Shown piece by piece: positions 39,264-49,142 of a stretch of DNA of 64,000 nucleotides. The DNA is from an uncultured Chloroflexia bacterium (lineage in GTDB: Bacteria > Chloroflexota > Dehalococcoidia > DSTF01 > JALHUB01), in assembly GCA_963703345.1 (NCBI GenBank), contig OY969814.1:2176001-2240000 (forward strand), in the 5' to 3' direction. Under the pieces are notes generated by a model. That model did no database searches. It was not told the DNA's origin and worked only from the letters and a program-made list of their open reading frames with translations. Every line of letters starts with the position of its first letter. Positions within the stretch are counted from its first letter, which is position 1. Made by a program: the position numbers and the translations under genes.

Positions 39264-40772
39264 ATGCCGCACAACTACCTCCTCCTGCCGTTCATCGTCC
39301 TGCCGCTGGCGACGTCGCTGGTGCTGCTGGCCGTGCCGGCGCGCCACAAGGACGTCGTGCGCTACATCGCCGCGGCATCCGGCCTGGCGCTGCTTGGGCT
39401 GGCGCTCTACGTCTTCTTCGCCTACCAGTTCGGCGACGGCGACAGTGTCATCCAGTTCGAGGGGCGCTGGCCGTGGCTGGAGAACGTGGGCTTCCTGGGC
39501 GCGAACGGCATCACGCTGCACCTGGGCGTCGACGGCGTTTCCGCGCCGATGGTGCTCTTGAATGGAATCGTCGCTTTCACCGGCGTTCTGATCTCCTGGA
39601 AGATCGACTATCGCAACAAGGACTTCTTCGTCCTCTTCTTCGCGCTGGTGGCGGGCGTCTTCGGCACGTTCATCTCGCTCGACCTCTTCTTCTTCTTCTT
39701 CTTCTACGAGCTGGCCGTCCTCCCGATGTTCCTGCTCATCGCCGTTTGGGGCTCCAGCAGCCGCTTCCCAACCTTCGTCCGCACGAAGGAGTACGGCGCG
39801 ATGAAGCTGACGCTCTACCTGGTGGCCGCGAGCGTTCTCATCTTCATCGGCATCTTCGCCATCTTCGTCAAGGCGAACATCGGCACCTTCGACCTGCCGG
39901 CGCTGTACAACGTCCACTTCTCAGAGGGCTTCCAGAAGGCGCTCTTCCCCGTGTTCGTCCTCGGCTGCGGCGTGCTGGCGGGCCTGTGGCCGTTCCACAC
40001 CTGGTCGCCGGACGGCCATGTCGCCGCGCCGACGGCCGTCAGCATGCTCCACGCCGGCGTGTTAATGAAGCTGGGCGCCTTCGGGATCATCCGCCTGGGC
40101 ATCCAGCTCCTGCCAGCGGGCGCCCAGTTCTGGATGCCGGCCGTGATGGTGCTGGCGACGACGAACGTCATCTACGGTTCGATCTCGGCGATGGCCCAGC
40201 GCGACTTCAAGTACATGGTGGGCTACTCCAGCGTAAGCCACATGGGCTACGTTCTGATGGGCCTGGCGACGCTGAACCCCATCGGCGTGAACGGCGCTGT
40301 GCTCCAGATGTTCTCCCACGGCGTCATGACGGCCCTCATGTTCGCCATGGTCGGTGCCGTCTACGACCAGGCGCACGTCCGCGACATGTCGGTCTTCGGT
40401 GGGCTGGCGAACAAGATGCCGCGCTTCACGGCCTTCTTCGCCATCGCCGGGCTGGCGTCGTTAGGGCTGCCAGGGCTCTCCGGCTTCGTCGCCGAGTTCC
40501 ACATCTTCGTGGGGACGTTCCAAACGTATCCGGCGTTCGGAGCCCTGGCGATCTTCGGCGCGGCGATAACGGCGGTCTACATCCTGCGCATGCTGGCGAT
40601 GGCTTTCTTCGGGCCGCTCAATGAGCGCTGGTCGAACCTGGTGGAGATGACGCGCTACGAGCAGGCAGCGGGCGCCGTGCTCATCTTCTTCCTGCTGTTC
40701 ATGGGCACGTGGCCGGCGCCCTTTATCGACCGCATCTCCCACACCGTACTGACGATGGCGGCGGTGCGATGA
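39264..40772 (+). CDS. nuoM: NADH-quinone oxidoreductase subunit M
   Basis: GVDGVS, PFHTWSPDGHVAAPT, YSSVSHMG and GLPGLSGFVAEF. Confidence 0.95.
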   Translation: MPHNYLLLPFIVLPLATSLVLLAVPARHKDVVRYIAAASGLALLGLALYVFFAYQFGDGDSVIQFEGRWPWLENVGFLGANGITLHLGVDGVSAPMVLLNGIVAFTGVLISWKIDYRNKDFFVLFFALVAGVFGTFISLDLFFFFFFYELAVLPMFLLIAVWGSSSRFPTFVRTKEYGAMKLTLYLVAASVLIFIGIFAIFVKANIGTFDLPALYNVHFSEGFQKALFPVFVLGCGVLAGLWPFHTWSPDGHVAAPTAVSMLHAGVLMKLGAFGIIRLGIQLLPAGAQFWMPAVMVLATTNVIYGSISAMAQRDFKYMVGYSSVSHMGYVLMGLATLNPIGVNGAVLQMFSHGVMTALMFAMVGAVYDQAHVRDMSVFGGLANKMPRFTAFFAIAGLASLGLPGLSGFVAEFHIFVGTFQTYPAFGALAIFGAAITAVYILRMLAMAFFGPLNERWSNLVEMTRYEQAAGAVLIFFLLFMGTWPAPFIDRISHTVLTMAAVR

Positions 40773-42265
40773 ACCCGGACTACTCGCTGCTGATCCCGGA
40801 GTACCTGCTGGCGACGCTGGCGGCCATCGTCGTCGCCCTCGGCCTCTACGACACGCGGCGCGCCCGCACGTACCTGCCGTACGTTTCGGCGGCCGGCCTC
40901 GGCGGCATACTCGTCGTCTCGCTGTTTTATGTTAACAAGGGACCGCTGGATTTCGCCGGCCTCGTCCAGGTCGACAACTACACGACGTTCTTCCGCGTCC
41001 TGTTCATCGCCATCACCGCCGTCGTCTGCCTGGCGTCGGCGCACTTCGTGCGGGCGAACCTGCGCCACGCCGGCGAGTACTACGGGCTGCTCATCCTCTC
41101 GACCATCGGCGCGATCTACATGGCCGCCGCCCGCGATCTCATCGCCGCCTACGTTTCGCTGGAGCTGCTGAGCTTCAGCCTCTACGTGCTCGTCTCCTTC
41201 GCCAAGCTGGACGCGAAGTCGAACGAAGGCGGCATGAAGTATATGCTGCTCGGCGCCTTCTCCTCGGCGCTGTTCCTGTACGGCCTGAGCCTTATCTACG
41301 GCGTCGCCGGCTCGACCTCATACGGCGACATCAACGCGGCGTTCAGCGGCGGCGTCAGCAGCTTCGGCCCGGCGATGCTCATGGGGCTGGTGCTGGTAAT
41401 CGCCGGCATCGGCTTCAAAGTGTCGGCCGTGCCTTTCCACATGTGGGCGCCGGACGCTTACGAAGGCGCGCCGCTGCCGATCACCGCCTATCTGTCGGCG
41501 GCATCGAAGGCGGCGGGCGTGGCGCTTCTGCTGCGACTGTTCACGGAGGCGTTCCTGCCGGTGCTCGGCGATTGGCAGTGGATGATCGCGGCGCTGGCGG
41601 CGGCAAGCATGACGCTGGGCAACCTAGTCGCCATCCAGCAGCACAACATCAAGCGACTTCTCGCCTACTCCAGCATCGGGCAGGCCGGCTTCATGCTGAT
41701 GGGCATCGCCGCTCTCTCGCAAGCGACGGCGAGCACGCTGGTGCTGCACCTGACGGGCTACGTCATCACCAATCTGGCAGCCTTCGCGGCGGTCATCGCC
41801 TTCTACAACGCGAGCGGCAAGGACGAGATAGAGGACTTCCGCGGCCTGGCGGAGCGGGCGCCCTTCCTGGCGCTCTCCCTCACCATCGCTTTGTTCTCGC
41901 TGGCAGGAATGCCCCTGTTCGCCGGCTTCGCGACGAAGTTCCTGCTGTTCCAGGCCGTCGCCAATGAGGGGTTCCTCTGGTTGGCGGCGCTGGCGGTCGT
42001 GAACAGCCTGATATCGCTCTACTACTACCTGCTGGTCATCAGGCAAATGTACGTCGGCGAGGCGGACGACAAGCTGCGACTGCGCGTCCCTGCCGGCGTG
42101 AACGCGGTCATCCTGGCGCTGGTCATCGGCGTCTTCGTCGTCGGGCTGTACCCACAGCCGCTGTTCAAGGCGACGGACAGCGCCGTCCACGCAGTCTTCC
42201 AGACGTCGACGCAGCAGGCGGGAAGCGCGGGCGCCGCGTCCGCCGTTTCGCTCGACGGCCGCTGA
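40769..42265 (+). CDS. nuoN: NADH-quinone oxidoreductase subunit N
   Basis: FKVSAVPFHMWAPDAYEGAP, KRLLAYSSI and SLAGMP...K. Confidence 0.95.
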   Translation: MNPDYSLLIPEYLLATLAAIVVALGLYDTRRARTYLPYVSAAGLGGILVVSLFYVNKGPLDFAGLVQVDNYTTFFRVLFIAITAVVCLASAHFVRANLRHAGEYYGLLILSTIGAIYMAAARDLIAAYVSLELLSFSLYVLVSFAKLDAKSNEGGMKYMLLGAFSSALFLYGLSLIYGVAGSTSYGDINAAFSGGVSSFGPAMLMGLVLVIAGIGFKVSAVPFHMWAPDAYEGAPLPITAYLSAASKAAGVALLLRLFTEAFLPVLGDWQWMIAALAAASMTLGNLVAIQQHNIKRLLAYSSIGQAGFMLMGIAALSQATASTLVLHLTGYVITNLAAFAAVIAFYNASGKDEIEDFRGLAERAPFLALSLTIALFSLAGMPLFAGFATKFLLFQAVANEGFLWLAALAVVNSLISLYYYLLVIRQMYVGEADDKLRLRVPAGVNAVILALVIGVFVVGLYPQPLFKATDSAVHAVFQTSTQQAGSAGAASAVSLDGR

Positions 42266-42291
42266 CGCTCTCGACGCATTCCCCTCAAAAC

Positions 42292-42321
42292 AAAGGCCGG
42301 CAACTTTCGTCACCGGCCTTT
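42292..42321. terminator. Probable bidirectional intrinsic terminator between convergent nuoN and glnA
   Basis: AAAGGCCGG-12 nt-CCGGCCTTT inverted repeat with A/T runs on the flanks. Confidence 0.6.
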
Positions 42322-42363
42322 CGATTGCTCTCTCGCGGGCAAGACGTCCACGCCAGCTAGACG

Positions 42364-43698
42364 CTACAGGATTGGCAAATAGCGCTCCAGCTCGTAGTCC
42401 GTAACCTTCGTCCGGTACTGGTCCCACTCCATCTTCTTGTTGGCGATGAGCGAGGTGAAGACGTGGTCGCCGAGGCAACGGCGCACCAGCTCGCTTCCTT
42501 CCGTCACCTCTATCGCCTCGTCCAGGCTGCCCGGCAGCACGTCGATTCCACGCGCCTTGCGCTCGTCTTCCGTCAGGTGGAAGACGTTCTCCTCCACCGG
42601 CTCTCCGAGCACGTACTCCTTCTCCATTCCCTCCAGGCCGGCCGCCAGCATAACCGAGAAGCACAGGTAGGGGTTGCAGGCCGGGTCCGGCGAGCGGTAC
42701 TCGATGCGCGTCGCCATCTCCTTGCCCGGCTTGTACTCGGGCACGCGCACCATGTCCGAGCGGTTGCGCCGCGCCCAGGTGATGTAGCAGGGGGCCTCGT
42801 AGCCGGGCACCAGGCGCTTGTAGGAGTTCACCCACTGGTTGGTGACGAGGGTGATCTCGCGCGCATGGTGCAGCAGTCCGGCGATGTAGCACTTGGCAAT
42901 CTTCGAGAGGTGGTACTTGTCGCCCTCTTCGAAGAAGGCGTTGCTCTTGCCCTTGAACAGCGACTGGTGGACGTGCATGCCGGAGCCGTTCTGCCCGGCG
43001 ATCGGCTTCGGCATGAAGGTCGCGTAGACGCCGTGCGCGAGCGCCACTTCCTTGACGACGAGGCGGTAGGTCATTGCACTGTCCGCCATCGTCAGGGCGT
43101 CCGTGTAGCGAAGGTCGATCTCGTGCTGGCTGGGCGCGACCTCGTGGTGGGAGTACTCGACGCCGATGCCCATCGCCTCCATGTAGAGGATGGTGTCGCG
43201 GCGGAGGTCGGTGGCGACGTCGAGGGGCGTGAGGTCGAAGTAGCCGCCCTGGTCGAGCGGTTGCGGGGAATCGGCGCTCTTGAAGTAGAAGTACTCGAGC
43301 TCCGGCCCCACGTAGTAGGTGAAGCCGAGGTCGGCGGCGCGCTTGATGTTCCGCTTCAGGACGTAGCGGGGGTCGCCGTCGAAGGGCGTGCCGTCGGGAC
43401 GAATGACGTCGCAGAACATGCGCGCGGCGCCCTGCTCGCGCGGCCGCCAGGGGATGACACTGAACGTCGCCGGGTCGGGCATGGCCAACATGTCGCTCTC
43501 GTCGATTCGTGCGAACCCCTCGATCGAAGACCCGTCGAAGCCCATCCCTTCCTCCAGGGCCCCCTCGAGCTCCTCGACCGTTATCGTGAAGCTCTTGAGC
43601 GAACCCAGGATGTCGGTGAACCAGAGGCGGATGAACTTTATGCCCTGCGCCTTGCAGGTCTGGAGGACGTAGTCTTTGTCTTTGCCGCTAGTGGCCAT
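42364..43698 (-). CDS. glnA: Glutamine synthetase type I
   Basis: FDGSSIEG, GPELEY, HHEVAPSQHEI, ATFMPKP, NGSGMHVH, NSYKRL and RIEYRSPDP. Confidence 0.97.
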   Translation of the reverse strand: MATSGKDKDYVLQTCKAQGIKFIRLWFTDILGSLKSFTITVEELEGALEEGMGFDGSSIEGFARIDESDMLAMPDPATFSVIPWRPREQGAARMFCDVIRPDGTPFDGDPRYVLKRNIKRAADLGFTYYVGPELEYFYFKSADSPQPLDQGGYFDLTPLDVATDLRRDTILYMEAMGIGVEYSHHEVAPSQHEIDLRYTDALTMADSAMTYRLVVKEVALAHGVYATFMPKPIAGQNGSGMHVHQSLFKGKSNAFFEEGDKYHLSKIAKCYIAGLLHHAREITLVTNQWVNSYKRLVPGYEAPCYITWARRNRSDMVRVPEYKPGKEMATRIEYRSPDPACNPYLCFSVMLAAGLEGMEKEYVLGEPVEENVFHLTEDERKARGIDVLPGSLDEAIEVTEGSELVRRCLGDHVFTSLIANKKMEWDQYRTKVTDYELERYLPIL

Positions 43699-43755
43699 TC
43701 TTTTCTCCTTCCGATAACATCTTTTGTTGGCTAAGGCGTCGCGACGCGGCGCCTG

Positions 43756-45081
43756 TCACTTACCGGCGGGCCGGTTGCCTTCAGGTTTGGTGGCTCCGGA
43801 CGACCGCGGAACTGTGAGCTCCGCCATCTGCACGACGCTCAGACCCTGGTACACGTAGGCGCGCTCTCCGTGCTGCGACAGGTCGAGCCCCACCTTCTCT
43901 TCTTCTTCGGAGACTCTCAGCCCGAACAGGAAGTCGAGCACATACAGGATCGCGAGCGTTGCGACAAGAGAATAGCCCAGAGTGACTGCGACGGCAAGCG
44001 CCTGCGCGCCGAACAGTCCCGCGCCGCCGTGAATCAGACCGTTCGCGCCCGCCGCGTTCACGGCGACGGTCGCGAAGAGACCCGTGGCCAGCATGCCCCA
44101 GGCGCCGCCGACGCCGTGGACCCCGACGACGTCCAGCGAGTCGTCCAGATGCAGCACGTGGCGCATCTGCACGGCCAGGTAGCAGAATGCACCCGCGCCG
44201 ACACCTATGGCGATAGCGGGGCCGACGTCGACGAAGCCGCACGCCGGCGTGATTGCCGCCAGACCGGCCACGGCGCCCGCGCCCACGCCCAGAACGCTCG
44301 CCTTCTTCGTCTGCCACCAGCCAAGCAGCAGCCAGGTCAGCGCGCCGGCGGTCGCGGAGACGTGCGTGACGACGAGGGCGTTTACGGCCAGCCCGTTGGC
44401 GGCCAGGGCGCTGCCGGCATTGAAGCCGAACCAGCCGAACCAGAGCAAGGCGACGCCCAGCATCATCATCGATACGTCATGCGGCTCCAACGCCTCCTTG
44501 CCGTACTCCAGGCGCCGCCCGTACATGATCGCGGCGACGAGCGCGGCGATGCCTGCGTTGACATGCACGACCGAACCGCCCGCGAAGTCGAGCGTGCCGA
44601 AGTCCCGCAGCCAGCCGCCCGGCGCCCACACCCAGTGCGCTATCGGCGCGTAGACCAACAGCGACCAGGCCGCCATGAAGAGCAGGAAGGTGCTGAACTT
44701 GGCTCGCTCCGCGAAGGCGCCGGTTATCAGGGCGGGGGTGATTATCGCGAACATCATCTGGAAGACCATGAAGGCTTCGTGCGGTATGGTGGAAGAGTAA
44801 TCGGGGTTCGGCGATTGGCCGACGTGTCGCAGGAACGTCCAGTCGAAGCCGCCGATGAGACCCCAGTGATCGGGGCCGAACGCCAGGCTGTAGCCGACCA
44901 CGACCCACAGCAAGCTGACGATCGCTATGACGACGAAGCTGTGCATGATTGTGCCGAGAACGTTCTTCTCGCGCACCAATCCGCCGTAAAAGAAGGCCAG
45001 GCCCGGCGTCATGAGCATGACTAGAGCCGCGGATATGAGGACCCAGGCAGTGTCACCGGCGTTGATGACGTTTGTGGGCAT
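43756..45081 (-). CDS. amtB: Ammonium transporter (copy 2)
   Basis: MTPGLAFFYGG, FQMMFA, DFAGGSVVH, WFGWFGFNAGS and DDSLDVVGVHG. Start MPTNVIN at 45081 with RBS GGAGG. Confidence 0.96.
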   Translation of the reverse strand: MPTNVINAGDTAWVLISAALVMLMTPGLAFFYGGLVREKNVLGTIMHSFVVIAIVSLLWVVVGYSLAFGPDHWGLIGGFDWTFLRHVGQSPNPDYSSTIPHEAFMVFQMMFAIITPALITGAFAERAKFSTFLLFMAAWSLLVYAPIAHWVWAPGGWLRDFGTLDFAGGSVVHVNAGIAALVAAIMYGRRLEYGKEALEPHDVSMMMLGVALLWFGWFGFNAGSALAANGLAVNALVVTHVSATAGALTWLLLGWWQTKKASVLGVGAGAVAGLAAITPACGFVDVGPAIAIGVGAGAFCYLAVQMRHVLHLDDSLDVVGVHGVGGAWGMLATGLFATVAVNAAGANGLIHGGAGLFGAQALAVAVTLGYSLVATLAILYVLDFLFGLRVSEEEEKVGLDLSQHGERAYVYQGLSVVQMAELTVPRSSGATKPEGNRPAGK

Positions 45082-45117
45082 GGTCCTCCACCTCCTCAGG
45101 AACGAATCCCTGCTCGG

Positions 45118-45171
45118 AGTGTAGAGGCCCTCTGTTACAATTGCGTTACAATCGGATGACGATGCGGTTAC
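45118..45171 (-). promoter_or_regulatory. Four phased GlnR-box-like pentamers plus -10 element upstream of amt copy 2
   Basis: Minus strand GTAAC-n6-GTCAT-n6-GTAAC-n6-GTAAC-n10-TACACT. Confidence 0.75.
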
Positions 45172-45278
45172 GAGGGTGAAATGGGTCACAATGATCCCTC
45201 CGCCGCGTTCCATGCCGCTGCAGCTTCACGTCGGCGCTCTATCCTTCAAAGCGCCGTTGGTCGGATGCTGTCGTTACG

Positions 45279-46646
45279 CTACAAGCCGGGTTTCCGGCCG
45301 ATCTCCGTCTCTACCTTCCTTCCGACGCCCGTCGCCGGCACCTGCCCGTTGCTGGCAGCGCCGCGAGGTCGCGGGAGGGTGAGGTCCGCCACTTTCAGCA
45401 CGCTCAGTCCCTGATAGGCATAGGCGCGCTCTCCGTGCTGCGACAGGTCGAGACCCATCTCTTCTTCTTCCTCCGAGACCCGCAGCCCCAGCAGGAGGTC
45501 GATGACGCGCAGGATTACGAACGTCGCCACGAGCGAGTAGCCGAGCGTTACGCCGACCGCCACTGCCTGGGCGCCCAACTGGCCGGGGTTGCCGTGAATA
45601 AGGCCGTTCGCGCCCGCCGCGTTCACCGCGACGGTGGCGAAGATGCCGGTGGCGAGGGCGCCCCAGATGCCGCCGACGCCATGGACCCCCACGACGTCCA
45701 GCGTGTCGTCGAGATGCAGCAGGTGGCGCGCCTGCACAGCGAGGTAACAGAACGTGCCCGCGCCGATTCCGATCACGATTGCGGGACCAACGTCAACAAA
45801 ACCCGAGGCCGGCGTAATCGCCACCAGCCCGGCCACGGCGCCCGCCCCCGCGCCCAGAACGCTGGCCTTCTTAGTCTGCCACCAGCCAATCAGCAGCCAC
45901 GTCAGCGCGCCGGTCGCGGCCGCGACGTGCGTCACGACCAGCGCGTTAACCGCAAGACCGTTGGCCGCAAGAGCGCTGCCGGCGTTGAAGCCGAACCAGC
46001 CGAACCAGAGCAGCGCTACACCAAGCATCATCATCGATACGTCATGCGGCTCCAACGCCTCCTTGCCGTACTCCAGGCGCCGCCCGTACATGATCGCGGC
46101 GACGAGCGCGGCGATGCCAGCGTTTACGTGCACAACCGTCCCGCCCGCAAAGTCAAGCGTGCCCAGACTTCGCAGCCAGCCGCCCGGCGCCCATACCCAG
46201 TGGGCTATCGGCGCGTAGACAAGGAGCGACCAGGCCGCCATGAAGAGAAGGAAGGTGCTGAACTTGGCTCGCTCCGCGAAGGCGCCGGTTATCAGGGCGG
46301 GGGTGATTATCGCGAACATCATCTGGAAGACCATGAACGCTTCATGCGGTATGGTCGAAGAGTAGTCGGGGTTCGGCGCTTGGCCAACGTGCCGCAGGAA
46401 CGTCCAGTCGAAGCCGCCAATGAGGCCCCAGTGGTCCGGACCAAAGGCTAGGCTGTAGCCGACCACTACCCACAGGAGGCTGACGATCGCTATAACGACG
46501 AAGCTGTGCATTATGGTGCCGAGAACGTTCTTCTCGCGCACGAGGCCGCCATAGAAGAAGGCGAGGCCCGGCGTCATGAGCATGACGAGGGCGGCGGAAA
46601 TCAGTACCCAGGCGGTATCTCCGGGATTGATTGCGTCGGTTGGCAT
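45279..46646 (-). CDS. amtB: Ammonium transporter (copy 1)
   Basis: Same Amt motifs as copy 2, collinear at a 1565-bp offset, with a different C-terminal tail. Confidence 0.96.
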   Translation of the reverse strand: MPTDAINPGDTAWVLISAALVMLMTPGLAFFYGGLVREKNVLGTIMHSFVVIAIVSLLWVVVGYSLAFGPDHWGLIGGFDWTFLRHVGQAPNPDYSSTIPHEAFMVFQMMFAIITPALITGAFAERAKFSTFLLFMAAWSLLVYAPIAHWVWAPGGWLRSLGTLDFAGGTVVHVNAGIAALVAAIMYGRRLEYGKEALEPHDVSMMMLGVALLWFGWFGFNAGSALAANGLAVNALVVTHVAAATGALTWLLIGWWQTKKASVLGAGAGAVAGLVAITPASGFVDVGPAIVIGIGAGTFCYLAVQARHLLHLDDTLDVVGVHGVGGIWGALATGIFATVAVNAAGANGLIHGNPGQLGAQAVAVGVTLGYSLVATFVILRVIDLLLGLRVSEEEEEMGLDLSQHGERAYAYQGLSVLKVADLTLPRPRGAASNGQVPATGVGRKVETEIGRKPGL

Positions 46647-46682
46647 GGCCGTCCTCCTGCTCAGCGATGTCCCTATACCCTG

Positions 46683-46736
46683 AGTCTAGAGGACGCGTGT
46701 TGCCGTCGTATTACGCGGCGATGAATTTGCAGTTAC
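46683..46736 (-). promoter_or_regulatory. Four phased GlnR-box-like pentamers plus -10 element upstream of amt copy 1
   Basis: Minus strand GTAAC-n6-TTCAT-n6-GTAAT-n6-GCAAC-n10-TAGACT. The first box overlaps the regulator's stop codon. Confidence 0.7.
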
Positions 46737-47401
46737 GAAGGGGGATCGGAAGATGGGCAGAAGCGGTAGCCGACGTTGCGCACGGTCTCGACGAAAGTGT
46801 GGCCGCCGCGCTCGATCTTGCTGCGCAGCCGCCTGATGTGGACGTCAACGGTGCGCGCGCCGCCGAAGTAGTCGTAGCCCCAGACTTTGTCCAGCAGCGC
46901 CTCCCGCGTGTAGACACGGTCCGGGTTGGTGGCGAGAAAGCGGAGCAACTCGTACTCCTTGAACGTCAGCTCCACGAGCACGCCATCGACGAAGACGCGG
47001 TAGCCGGCGAGGTCGATCGATAGCGCGCCCTGGCGCAAAACGTCCGGCGAGTCGATAAGGCCGTGGCGGTCCAGCATCCGACGAAGTCGCACGGTCAGCT
47101 CGTTCGGCCGCAGCGGCAGGAGCGCGAACTCATCGACGGCCGGGTCGAGACGGGAGACAAGCGCCCGGGGGAGAAGTAGCGCCAGGACGGGCGTCCTATC
47201 CGCGCCGTCCGCAGGTCCCGCCAGATTGCCGAGCCCTTCGCCTTCGGAAAGGTCGACGACGATGGCCGCCGGCGTCGAGAGGTCAAGAACCTGAGCAGCG
47301 TCGGCGCGGGCGCGGACCGTCACCTGATAGCCGGCGTCCGCCAGCTCCCGCGCGAACCCCTTCGCCTGGTCTCCGTCGCCGATAACGAGTATTGCCTGCA
47401 T
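46733..47401 (-). CDS. OmpR-family orphan response regulator, GlnR-like
   Basis: wHTH LTFKEYELL...VWGYDYFGGARTVDVHIRRLRSK closely resembles actinobacterial GlnR. The receiver is atypical (LLP at the conserved Lys-Pro), and no kinase is adjacent. Confidence 0.85.
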   Translation of the reverse strand: MQAILVIGDGDQAKGFARELADAGYQVTVRARADAAQVLDLSTPAAIVVDLSEGEGLGNLAGPADGADRTPVLALLLPRALVSRLDPAVDEFALLPLRPNELTVRLRRMLDRHGLIDSPDVLRQGALSIDLAGYRVFVDGVLVELTFKEYELLRFLATNPDRVYTREALLDKVWGYDYFGGARTVDVHIRRLRSKIERGGHTFVETVRNVGYRFCPSSDPPS

Positions 47402-47527
47402 CAACCGTCCTGGTGAATTGTCGGACCGGCATAACACTACCGCAATGGCGCCGATAGTTCGAGTCCCCTCCGAAGGCGCCGCTCCGCCGCACGATTGAAA
47501 CGTGACCTGGAATTCCGCTGAGCAGGC

Positions 47528-47584
47528 TTGACAATGACAGGAAATCACGATACAGTCGTGATATGACGTTGTATATCGAGATAC
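47528..47584 (+). promoter_or_regulatory. Sigma70 promoter with overlapping inverted-repeat operator(s) upstream of padR-like gene
   Basis: TTGACA-17 nt-TACAGT. ATCACGA-n5-TCGTGAT palindrome straddles the -10; imperfect GTATATCGAGATAC palindrome lies downstream. Confidence 0.7.
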
Positions 47585-47599
47585 AGAAGGAGAACAGTC

Positions 47600-48118
47600 A
47601 TGCAACGACCTCCCTGGTTTGACTTCGAACGACTTCACGGTCGCCTTTTCGAGAAAGGGGACCTCAAGTACGTGATCCTGCAGTTGCTCAGCGAGCGCCC
47701 GGCCCACGGCTACGAAGTGATCAAGGCGCTGGAAGAGCGCTTCGGCGGGATGTACACGCCCAGCGCCGGCGCCGTCTACCCGACGCTCCAGATGCTGGAA
47801 GACATGGGGTACGTAACGTCGGCGGCGCAGGACGGCAAGCGAGTCTACTCGATCGCGGATGAGGGGAAGACCTTCTTGGAAGAGCAGAAGGAGACCGTCG
47901 AAGGCATACGGCAGCGCACAAGCGCCTGGTGGAACCCGCACCTGCGCGGCGAGCTGCACGACATGAAGCACGAGTTGCGCGATCTGGCAGGACTGATATT
48001 CCGTCGCGGCGGAAAGCCCCTCGGCAACCCGGAGACGATCAAACGTGTGCGCGCGGTCATCGAGAACGCCCGCAAGGAGATCGAGTCCATTCTCCGCGGA
48101 CAGGACGCCGGTCAGTAG
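47600..48118 (+). CDS. PadR family transcriptional regulator
   Basis: GDLKYVILQLL.ERP.HGYE and PSAGAVYPTLQ.LED.G. Confidence 0.93.
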   Translation: MQRPPWFDFERLHGRLFEKGDLKYVILQLLSERPAHGYEVIKALEERFGGMYTPSAGAVYPTLQMLEDMGYVTSAAQDGKRVYSIADEGKTFLEEQKETVEGIRQRTSAWWNPHLRGELHDMKHELRDLAGLIFRRGGKPLGNPETIKRVRAVIENARKEIESILRGQDAGQ

Positions 48119-48160
48119 CCGCGGCTTCGCTTAAACTGAGAAGGCGTTATAATAGATTCG

Positions 48161-49141
48161 ATGCTTTCTGTTGAAGTTTCGGACCTTCGTAAGAATTTCG
48201 GCCCCATCGCGGCCGTCGACGGCGTCAGCTTCGAGGTAGAAGAGGGGGAGGTCTTCGGCTTCCTCGGCCCGAACGGCGCCGGCAAGACGACGACGATAAA
48301 CATCCTCTGCACGCTCCTGCGTCCTACGTCCGGCCGGGCGAGGGTGGCGGGCTACGACGTGCAGACGCAGCGAAACGCCGTCCGCCAGTCGATAGGCCTC
48401 GTCTTTCAGGATCCAAGCCTCGATGTCCAGTTGACGGGCCTGGAGAACCTGCGTTTCCACGCCCACGTCTACAACGTGCCCGGCAGCGAGCGAAACAGCC
48501 GCATCGAAGAGGTGCTGCGCGTCGTCGAGCTCTGGGACCGGCGCAACGCCGTCGTGAAGACGTACTCCGGCGGCATGAAGCGCCGGCTGGAGATTGCGCG
48601 CGGCCTAATCCACCATCCGCGCGTGCTCTTCCTGGACGAGCCGACCATCGGCCTCGACCCGCAGACGCGCGAACACATCTGGACGCACATCCTCCAGCTC
48701 CAGCGCGCGCATGGCATCACGCTCTTCATGACGACGCACTACATGGAGGAGGCGGAGCACTGCCGCCGCATCGCCGTCATCGACCGCGGCAAGATTGTGG
48801 CGCTGGACACGCCCGACGCGCTCAAGCGCATGGTCGGCTGCGACATCGTTAGCCTGCGGACGCCCGACAACGAGAAGGCGGCGGCCGACATCCGCGAGCG
48901 TTACGGCCTGGAGCCCCAGAGCCAGGACGGGCGGCTGCGACTGGAGGTGCCGAACGGCGCGGAGTTCATCCCGAAGGTCGTCCACGAGTTAGCGGTGCCT
49001 GTCGAATCGGTCGACCTTCACCGGCCGACGCTGGACGACGTTTTCTTGAAGCTTACCGGCCACGTGATCCGCGACGACGAAGCGGACCCGCTGGCCACCG
49101 CTCGCACGATGGGACGCATGTGGAGAGGAGGACGGCGCTAG
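48161..49141 (+). CDS. ABC exporter ATP-binding protein (DrrA-like)
   Basis: GPNGAGKTT, YSGGMKRRL, LDEPT, TTHYMEEA and PTLDDVFL. Confidence 0.95.
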   Translation: MLSVEVSDLRKNFGPIAAVDGVSFEVEEGEVFGFLGPNGAGKTTTINILCTLLRPTSGRARVAGYDVQTQRNAVRQSIGLVFQDPSLDVQLTGLENLRFHAHVYNVPGSERNSRIEEVLRVVELWDRRNAVVKTYSGGMKRRLEIARGLIHHPRVLFLDEPTIGLDPQTREHIWTHILQLQRAHGITLFMTTHYMEEAEHCRRIAVIDRGKIVALDTPDALKRMVGCDIVSLRTPDNEKAAADIRERYGLEPQSQDGRLRLEVPNGAEFIPKVVHELAVPVESVDLHRPTLDDVFLKLTGHVIRDDEADPLATARTMGRMWRGGRR

Positions 49142-49142
49142 A

